Virus record (IMG/VR): IMGVR_UViG_3300037461_001099
Coordinates: 1 to 29,496 of that record
Reading direction: 5' to 3' (one strand)
Origin: a virus
Lineage: Duplodnaviria > Caudoviricetes
DNA length: 29,496 nucleotides
Shown one piece after another: positions 6,548 to 14,500 of this stretch. Made by a program: the position numbers and the translations under genes. Each line of letters starts with the position of its first letter. The stretch's first letter is position 1. The notes beneath the pieces are model-generated. The model worked only from the letters and a program-made list of their open reading frames with translations, searched no databases and was not told where the DNA came from.

Positions 6548-6581
6548 CTCCTTTCACATAAATCTATGTTTTCTATGCGAA
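6548..6581 (-). promoter_or_regulatory. Array motif copy 1
   Basis: TTCGCATAGAAAACATAGATTTATGTGAAAGGAG, 5 nt after the holin stop. Confidence 0.7.
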
Positions 6582-6586
6582 AGGAA

Positions 6587-7096
6587 TTAACTCACTAACT
6601 TATTTGGTGAAACGGCCTTATATGCTTTAGTGCTTACCCCAAGCATAATACCAGCAAAAGCAGTAATTGAAGCGATCGTGCCTACAATTTCTTGGCCATA
6701 TGGAAAACCCCAAATTTCAGACAGTGCAAAATATAATGCTCCAATAGCTGGCATAAAAATAATAACAACCCACTTTACAATATTATATGTTTTTGAATCC
6801 ATAGCTAATAGTGGAGAAAGACTATTGGGTGTTTCTTTTTCCTCAGCAAGATATGTTAGCTGATTGTATCCATCAAAAGCGCGATTAAAGTCTTTTTGCA
6901 TAGCTTTATACTGGATATTACTTAACCCAAGTAATGCACCAAGAAAAACATTCACCGCAACAATCGTTCCTACAACCTGCTCAGGTAAAGGTAATGCCCA
7001 AATCTGTGAAAGAGCAAAGTAAAAAGTCGCCAAAGCTGGAAGAGCGATTTGCGCCATAAACTTACAAATATCATAAACTTTATTGGGGAGAATCAT
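6587..7096 (-). CDS. Holin, Dp-1 family, with two tandem holin domains
   Basis: NKVYDICKFMAQIALPALATFYFALSQIW...GTIVAVNVFLGALLGLS...Y repeated as SKTYNIVKWVVIIFMPAIGALYFALSEIW...GTIASITAFAGIMLGVS...Y; located at the end of the tail operon. Confidence 0.85.
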   Translation of the reverse strand: MILPNKVYDICKFMAQIALPALATFYFALSQIWALPLPEQVVGTIVAVNVFLGALLGLSNIQYKAMQKDFNRAFDGYNQLTYLAEEKETPNSLSPLLAMDSKTYNIVKWVVIIFMPAIGALYFALSEIWGFPYGQEIVGTIASITAFAGIMLGVSTKAYKAVSPNKLVS

Positions 7097-7424
7097 TTTT
7101 TGTTCCTTTCGAAATTTTCTTATTTATAGGTAGTTTTTTAACTTCATCGAACAATCTTAATGCCGTTCCATTACCTCCAATATCAAAGTACGGTTTACAT
7201 AAAAAATGCAAGTTTTCATATTCGTCTTGCGAAATGGTTCCATTTTCTATATATTTAATACTTAAATATACAATTCTATCATGAGCCAACGCAAGTAATA
7301 GGCGTTTATTACAATCGGATACTTCCGTTTTTTTACTAATAAACATCCAAAAACCGCTAGAAGCCATAACAGAAATAAATATAGTTAAAACAAATTCTAT
7401 AAAAGTCATATGCTCTGATGTCAT
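7080..7424 (-). CDS. Holin-associated membrane protein (114 aa)
   Basis: N-terminal TM segment ending ASSGFW; HDRI...EYENL...PY..GGNG motif typical of genes preceding phage holins. Confidence 0.7.
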   Translation of the reverse strand: MTSEHMTFIEFVLTIFISVMASSGFWMFISKKTEVSDCNKRLLLALAHDRIVYLSIKYIENGTISQDEYENLHFLCKPYFDIGGNGTALRLFDEVKKLPINKKISKGTKNDSPQ

Positions 7425-7849
7425 GTATTTCTCCGTATAAATACACGTTTAATATATCTTGGAAGATGAGAAACACTATTAGTGTTTCCAATTGTATGCG
7501 AATGTCCACCACCATTTTGAATTGCAATGCTAATCGAGTGAGTATGAGATGAAGATGCGGCTGTAACACCACTTCCAGTTGTAGTATATATGGTTCCTCC
7601 ATTACCTAAACCACCGCTAACACTGCCGCCATGATTATGATCTGCTACAGAATCTGAATTCGGATTCTCATGATAATGGGCGTCGTTGCCACCAGTATTT
7701 CGTAAAACACCATCATCTGCCGCCCCTCTAACAAACTTATCAACTAAATTTGGTGTTCCATTATTACCATCGCATACAAACCATCCAGAAGGAATGGATG
7801 TGTTACCCCATGCAATAATTGTACCAATTGGCATATTCATTAATGTCAT
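7421..7849 (-). CDS. Short tail fibre: collar domain + HxH needle
   Basis: PIGTIIAW...IPSGWFVCDGNNGTPNLVDKFVRGA collar motif; four HxH motifs; HLPRY...FIRR C-terminus. Confidence 0.8.
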   Translation of the reverse strand: MTLMNMPIGTIIAWGNTSIPSGWFVCDGNNGTPNLVDKFVRGAADDGVLRNTGGNDAHYHENPNSDSVADHNHGGSVSGGLGNGGTIYTTTGSGVTAASSSHTHSISIAIQNGGGHSHTIGNTNSVSHLPRYIKRVFIRRNT

Positions 7850-7850
7850 T

Positions 7851-8723
7851 TTACACCGTCCTCATAATGAAATAAAGAAGCAAGTACGATGGCAAATGGT
7901 ATTCACTTTGAGTGTTTCCAATTGTGTGAGAGTGATTTCCACTAGCGCTTGTAGTTAAATCCACAGAGTGACTATGACCACCAGCAGCTACATAAACACC
8001 AGCACTACCTGAAGCATCATTAGAACTTGCCGCTCCACCAATACTAGGAGAAGCCTGATGTGTATGATCTCCATTAGATGAAGTACCAGAATTAACATGA
8101 GTATGTAAATCTGATCCACCAGTTGCGCCAACATCGCCATCAGCTGCAGCTCCATAAATAAACTTATCAATCAAGTTTGGCGTTCCATTGCTACCATTAC
8201 AAAGTTGTGTTCCTTCTGGACGATTATTAGAAAGATTATCCCACATAACAATTCCACCAATTGGAAACTCGCAATCTGTGTTTGCTTTGATCCAATATAG
8301 TTTGGCATATGATGGGTAAATAGTAACAGATTCGGGCGCGCTTATTGTATGATTATGAGCCGCATTACTACTAGAAGATGTAGTGCCTATTGTGTGGTTA
8401 TGAGCTTTAGCTAAATTTTGTCCGGATGTATCAAAAACTACAGTGGTTCCACTAGAGTTTCCTGTACTACCTCCACCAATAGTATGCGCATGATCAAGAG
8501 CCGAATCAACAGATGCCGGATTTGTATGAGTATGACTTAGTGCACCAGCAATTGTATCAGAAGCTTGGCCTTGGCTAGCCCCTCTAACAAAAACATCATA
8601 AGCTGTGGTATCAATAGAAAAACCAGCAGGTACATTAGCTGCAATTCCATACCATAGAATATAACTTCCAGATGGAATTAAATAGCCACCAACACCATCT
8701 CTTTTCTTTTGTAACAATATCAT
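7851..8723 (-). CDS. Tail fibre with two tandem collar + HxH needle modules
   Basis: IPSGSYILW...VPAGF...FVRGA and PIGGIVMW...LCNGSNGTPNLIDKFIYGA, each followed by four HxH motifs. Confidence 0.8.
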   Translation of the reverse strand: MILLQKKRDGVGGYLIPSGSYILWYGIAANVPAGFSIDTTAYDVFVRGASQGQASDTIAGALSHTHTNPASVDSALDHAHTIGGGSTGNSSGTTVVFDTSGQNLAKAHNHTIGTTSSSSNAAHNHTISAPESVTIYPSYAKLYWIKANTDCEFPIGGIVMWDNLSNNRPEGTQLCNGSNGTPNLIDKFIYGAAADGDVGATGGSDLHTHVNSGTSSNGDHTHQASPSIGGAASSNDASGSAGVYVAAGGHSHSVDLTTSASGNHSHTIGNTQSEYHLPSYLLLYFIMRTV

Positions 8724-9607
8724 GTTTGTTTCTCCACCATAATAAACACGTCAAGACCTTTTGTTCCGGTTCCTGATATATCAACATCAATTCTTAGAAA
8801 ATCACCGGGATTTATATCAGGATATGCGATTACTGGTTGAGTGGCAGCATTATAACTACTATATTCACCAACATCAATAGTTATACGAGTACTTAAGATA
8901 TCTGTTCCAGTTGCACCAGGGTTTGATCCGCAATTAGCAATTTGAACCGTTGGGAGACCACTTGTACTCGGAGTGATTACGCACATGTCAACATCTGTAA
9001 TAGCCCCTTCCAAATATGAAGGCACGTAAAAGAAAAGTTTTCCATTACCACTACTAACATCTTCATCATTCCAGAAGACCTTAAAATATAATAGCTCTTC
9101 ATATTTAATCGTGGCTAAAGGACCCGAAACATATGGACAAAGAATCGTTCCAACTTTATTACTAATCATATCAGAAGTAATAGTAGTAGTATTTTTTGGA
9201 ATCGTAACATATGCTAGTGGATATTGTTTAACTGTTGAAGTATTAGACAATGGCGGAGGGCTTGGGTTAGAAGCGGCCGTTCCCTTTATAATTTTTAAAC
9301 TATTTGCTCTTACTGCAAGTTCATAATTTGTTTCAAGAGCGACAATATCAATTCTTGTATAATTGGTATCAGCTGCAGAATGAGTTAAATTATAATCTGT
9401 ATCATTATAAGTCCAAGTGTGATCAAACCAAGCGCGCCCAGTCCCAACAGTTACTGTTAGACCAGAATATGGTTCAACAAAGAATTTGTCTCCAATTGAG
9501 GGGAAAATTCCATCCTCAATAACTCCGTCCATAATTCGTCCCATATGTTCGGCATTGTATACTCTATCGCCACTCGAAGAATTAAAAAAACCATATGACA
9601 AAGTCAT
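8720..9607 (-). CDS. Minor tail / upper baseplate protein
   Basis: YGFFNS..GDRVYNA, VTVGTGRAW, RIDIV, YPLAYV motifs; position after the hub gene. Confidence 0.75.
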   Translation of the reverse strand: MTLSYGFFNSSSGDRVYNAEHMGRIMDGVIEDGIFPSIGDKFFVEPYSGLTVTVGTGRAWFDHTWTYNDTDYNLTHSAADTNYTRIDIVALETNYELAVRANSLKIIKGTAASNPSPPPLSNTSTVKQYPLAYVTIPKNTTTITSDMISNKVGTILCPYVSGPLATIKYEELLYFKVFWNDEDVSSGNGKLFFYVPSYLEGAITDVDMCVITPSTSGLPTVQIANCGSNPGATGTDILSTRITIDVGEYSSYNAATQPVIAYPDINPGDFLRIDVDISGTGTKGLDVFIMVEKQT

Positions 9608-9616
9608 GAAAACCTC

Positions 9617-10690
9617 CTAAATCTTTGAAAATGTTGGAACCATTTTAATTTCACTAGAATCTTGAAAATAAACCATTTCGCTTACTCTTGAATTCGCCTC
9701 ATGACCGTATTCATTGGCTACTTGAACGATGTCTCCCATAAAAAAATCCTGTCCATAAATATAAATCGTACTAGACTCTAATTGGCCTTCGAAAGTTTCA
9801 ACAGTTTGATTTTCACTAAGTTTATTATACCCTTCCTCTTCCAAAACTAATGAATAATCAGAATCGGATAATGATTCTTCTTCTCCATATCCAGTTCGTG
9901 TTATTGATTGAGCATCCACGAAGATTTCTCGTCTATTTAGATCTGTTAAATCAGAAGGATATTCTACACTCGTAAATGTTCTAATATTTCCAACCCCCTT
10001 TTCACCACCAATTAAAGCATTTGTTTTTAGATTTTCAGTGGAAATCCAATAATCCCCATTTAATAAATTATCAAAATTTGGAGAAAACACAACATAAGGA
10101 TTTGTTGATTGATTATATGAGCGATCCGCTCCCACATACAACTGAAAAGAAAATTTACCAAGATCAGTTAATACAATTTTAAACCCAATACCATAAGAAA
10201 TACATAAAGATGAAATAACATCATATAAATATTCCCCTAGTAATTCAATTTTAACAGTTAATGCGGTAATTGCCGGATCTGTAGAAGCTAAAAATTCTAA
10301 TTTATTAATTTTTCTATCAGTGTCTGTTGGATTTATAGCATTATCATTAAGAATTGTTTCTATCCCATCTTGTAAACTACCATCCAAAACTATTGGATCC
10401 CAAACAATCCTATAATAAAGAATGGATTCTAAACTTCTACCCTTTATGAATAGCTCGTTTCCATTAAGAGGATCTGTTTTAATTCTTATAGATTCTAAAA
10501 CCATAATGTGTTCTGACTCTTTTATACAAATATATTTCGTATTCGACAATGATGATAAAATCATATTATTTGGAAATTCAACAATTTCAAATTCTCCAAA
10601 TTCTTGATACTTATCAGTCCACAAAAATGATTTAAAAACATCCAGAAAACCTATAACTTCTAAATCAGAATTTAACAACGTTGCTTCCAT
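9617..10690 (-). CDS. Baseplate hub / tail protein, ReqiPepy6 gp37-like
   Basis: FKSFLWTDKYQEFGEFEI, GRSLESIL, RREIFVDA, YGQDFFMGDIVQV motifs; second gene after the tape measure. Confidence 0.8.
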   Translation of the reverse strand: MEATLLNSDLEVIGFLDVFKSFLWTDKYQEFGEFEIVEFPNNMILSSLSNTKYICIKESEHIMVLESIRIKTDPLNGNELFIKGRSLESILYYRIVWDPIVLDGSLQDGIETILNDNAINPTDTDRKINKLEFLASTDPAITALTVKIELLGEYLYDVISSLCISYGIGFKIVLTDLGKFSFQLYVGADRSYNQSTNPYVVFSPNFDNLLNGDYWISTENLKTNALIGGEKGVGNIRTFTSVEYPSDLTDLNRREIFVDAQSITRTGYGEEESLSDSDYSLVLEEEGYNKLSENQTVETFEGQLESSTIYIYGQDFFMGDIVQVANEYGHEANSRVSEMVYFQDSSEIKMVPTFSKI

Positions 10691-10692
10691 TA

Positions 10693-11598
10693 TTAAACTC
10701 CTTCATAAACAACTCGATTTTGTGTTGTGAATTGCAAATTAGTCAGCCCCGTTTCTGCCGAATAAGTGAATAGATTATCTCCTTTTTCTAAAACAAACCA
10801 TTCTGGATGTTTCCCAATAGCATTTAATATATTATATTCGACATCTGATCGTATTAAAACAGCGTACTTTTCTCCAATAACAGTCGATATAATGATATCA
10901 TCTCCGGACTGAATTCCGCTTCCAACAATAGAAGCTAGAATTGTAGTATTTATTGAGATTGTTTGATTTGTTATTACTTTTTCAATTTCAATATTAGTAG
11001 CTGCTCCTAATGCATGAATGATAAAAACAATTCCAACGGACGCATCGCCTTCATATATAATATTCTTTGTAGGCTCTAAGATAATATTACCAAAATTTAT
11101 TAAATTAGAGACAGTTGATTCATTAGAAAATGGAAATTGAAAAAGGGAAGTCAATGAACCAAAAACATTAATAACATCGTTTTTTTCATAGAAATACGAA
11201 TCTGTAGAGACAACCGATATTACTGTACCTTGTTGCTTAGAAAAAATGACAGGTTCGTTTGATTCTATATAGCCATTAACTATAGCATTTCGTTCATCTG
11301 TTTCTAATTCTAATGTAATTTGTTTTTTTATTGGAAAATATTTATATGATTGTAAACGAATCTTTTCAATTGTCGGAAATTCCAAAAATATTAATGAAAG
11401 ACGAATGTTTCTAGAAGTAGCTCTAGAAGAATTAAAAAATGATCCATCTAATACTGCAACTTCTGTTTTATTAATATCTGCTTTTGGAGGACCTAGTCCC
11501 TCTATGTTATAAATGAGAAACCCGGATTTCTCCGGGCTTCCCAATTCCATAATTAAAGATTCGCCTAAATAATTAGTTACTTTTAAAGATTTTATCAT
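10693..11598 (-). CDS. Distal tail protein (Dit-like)
   Basis: Immediately after the tape measure; IEGLGPPKADIN, DGS...RNI, LEKGDNLF, YEGV motifs. Confidence 0.8.
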   Translation of the reverse strand: MIKSLKVTNYLGESLIMELGSPEKSGFLIYNIEGLGPPKADINKTEVAVLDGSFFNSSRATSRNIRLSLIFLEFPTIEKIRLQSYKYFPIKKQITLELETDERNAIVNGYIESNEPVIFSKQQGTVISVVSTDSYFYEKNDVINVFGSLTSLFQFPFSNESTVSNLINFGNIILEPTKNIIYEGDASVGIVFIIHALGAATNIEIEKVITNQTISINTTILASIVGSGIQSGDDIIISTVIGEKYAVLIRSDVEYNILNAIGKHPEWFVLEKGDNLFTYSAETGLTNLQFTTQNRVVYEGV

Positions 11599-14500
11599 GT
11601 TTTAATTAACCCTTTCAAAGATGCTAATTGATTTCGCGTTTGACGATAAACTTCTAATCTATCTAAAGCTTTTGGCGAATAATTGTTTTGATTAAAAACT
11701 ATTGAAGAAGTTACTGCTTGAGAACTACTTCCATTTTGATTGTCCTCTTTAGATGTTGCACCAATCTTAGAAACTTTAGCTAAAGTTGATGATAGATCTA
11801 ATGTCTTTGCTCCAAACAGTTTATTAATTACCTTTCCAGAATTAGTAACGTCCGTGAGATCTACAACAGGACGTATAACTGGAACCATATCTAAATCACT
11901 GCTTAAAGTACTAGCTATATCATCAATAACCTTATTGATACCGCTAATAGCGCTTTCTCCAAGAGCTTCTGTAGATTTAGCTACTGTACTAGACATTGCT
12001 AAGATACCATTACCGAATCCTTCTCCCGTATACTCGCCAAGTTCTGTAAATACCCTAGAAGGTGAAAAGATACCTAAAAGATCTTTAAGAGCATCTATTG
12101 CACCCCCAGCGAGTTTACTAATAGCATCAACAACACTTCCTACTCCATTAGAGATTCCATCACTTAAGCCCTTTACAATTGCTGATGCCAAGTTTCCAAT
12201 AGCTGCATTTATTTCTGGCCCTTTTTCTTCAACTGCTGTTGCTAATCCATTAATAAAAGATATAATAACATCATAGCCAGCCAATATGATATCTGGTAAT
12301 TTTTCAGTAATACCTTTAAGAAATTCTACAATAATATCCGCAACTGTAGTTACTATTTCAAACATATTATCTTTAATGCCTTTAAGAAATGCTATTAATA
12401 TGTCCATACCAGCTTGGACCATTTCGTCAGCATTATCTGCTAAAGATTTATAGATTTCTGTTAATATGTTTAAAACAACATCAATAAATTTTGGAATCAA
12501 TCTTTCTAAAGAATCAAGTAAAGAAAAGATTATAGTTTCTAAAGTTGCAATTAACTCAGGGCCAACTACTTTTATAGTATCAATAAAGGCAAGTAATAAA
12601 TCTTGAAACCCTTTTGCTATTTCTGGAGCATTTTTAGAAAGAGAAACACTAAAAGCAGCCATCCCATCTGCTATTGCTGTTGCAACTAACGGTATTAAAG
12701 CAATAAGGCCCATTACTATTAAAGTTATTGTAGCTATAGCACCAGCACCAAGAGTTGATAACAGGATTAAACCCATAGCAAATTTAAAAACAGAAGCGCC
12801 AACTAAGAAAGCTGCTAAACCAAATATAAACATTGCCGCAGATAAAGCTAATAATACTGGGACCGCTGAAGATAAAGCCCATGAAGCATAACCAAAAATC
12901 AAAAAAACTCCGGCAATAGCAGCAAGAGATGTTGCTAAACTTTCCCAACTCATCTCTCCTAATAGCATAATTGCTGGAACTAACGTGTTTATCGCAATCG
13001 CCATTATTAACATCGCAACCGATGCACCAATTGCTTTTGTTCCATTAAGTAATTTAAGAGCTCCAACAATCCCAGCTAAAGCTAAACCAGCCCACATTAA
13101 ACCATTCCAAGCTACATCCCATGGTATATTTCCAAATGATGCTACTGCTAAAGCTAAAAGCAATAAGGAACCAGATAAGATAGTAACGGCTATAGAGGCA
13201 GATATTAAATCTTTATTCTTTGGTAAGGTGTTATAAAAAGCCGTAATTCCTAGTAGAGCTAAACCAGCCCACATTAAGCCATTCCAAGCTTGTTCCCATG
13301 GTATGAGACCAAAGGATGTTATTGCTAAGGCTAAAAGCAATAAGGAAGCAGATAAGATAGTTACCGATATAGCTGATGCTATTAAATTTTTATTGCTTGG
13401 CAGAGTATTATAAAAAGCTGTAATCCCCACTAAAGCTATACCAGCCCACATTAATCCATTCCAAGCTACCTCCCATGGTATAAGACCAAAGGATGTTATT
13501 GCTAAGGCTAATGCTATTAATGAAATACTTAATAAACCTATAGAAATAGAAGCTTTTATAATAGCTTTGTCCTTTGGCATTATGTGGAAAAAAGCAACAA
13601 TTCCTAGTAGAGCTATACCAGCCCACATTAAGCCATTCCAAGCTTGTTCCCATGGTATAGTTCCAAGCGATCTTATTGCTAAAGATAAAAACATTAGAGA
13701 AATACTTAATGCTATAATGCCAATAGAGACTTTAATTAATCCTGGTGCGCCATCTTTTAATAATTTAGAATAAGAAAATATTGGAATTATCATGGCCTGT
13801 ACAATAACAAGACCGCGGCCAATTTCCTCTACATCTAATTTTGCTAATAAAGAAATTGCAAGTGCTAAAAACATTAAAGCTAAAGCTAATCCAATAAGCA
13901 TTAAAGCCATCTGTGCTCCACCACCACCTGGTATTTTATTAATTGCAGATAAAGAAATAACTAATTGAGCAAACATCCCACTTATTGCAGCCATACTAGT
14001 TGCTAATTTAGTGGGATCTACCAATGATATCGCAATTATCGCAATTGCTAAAATTGCAACTGCCGCGGCTATTTGAAGAAGTGATTTAGCTTTTAATGCG
14101 GTTTGCCAAGCTGTAAGTGATTCTTTTACACCATCTAAAACGCCAACCACACCACCTAATAAATCTTTTGCTCCAACAGCAACAGAACCTAAATCCTTTA
14201 AAAATTTAATAAAAGATATAATTAAAGCAGTAAATCCGCCAAGTGTAACGCCAGCAAAAATCTTTCCAAAATCTATTTTTTTAATATTTTCTGTTATTTT
14301 TGAAAAATCAAAAAAACTAAAAATTTTAGAAAAATCTATTTTATTAAAAAAGTCTTTAATAGCTTCTTTAATGCCATTAATTGTTTTTTTTAAATTTGAA
14401 AATTTACTATTAGTACCTTCTGCTATCTTTGGTAATCCACTAAATAAATTTTTAATAGAATTTGAAACTTCGTTAAAAGCAGTTTTAATATTATTAATAA

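Noticed and set aside
3545-6581. CRISPR array or classical integron
   Set aside because: Spacers are 100-300+ bp coding sequences of variable length, repeats are degenerate, no cas or integrase gene is in the window, and hairpins lack the attC RYYYAAC...GTTRRRY ends.
7421-9607. Diversity-generating retroelement or invertible tail-fibre switch
   Set aside because: No reverse transcriptase or invertase, no template/variable repeat pair noticed, and all fibre modules are co-oriented.
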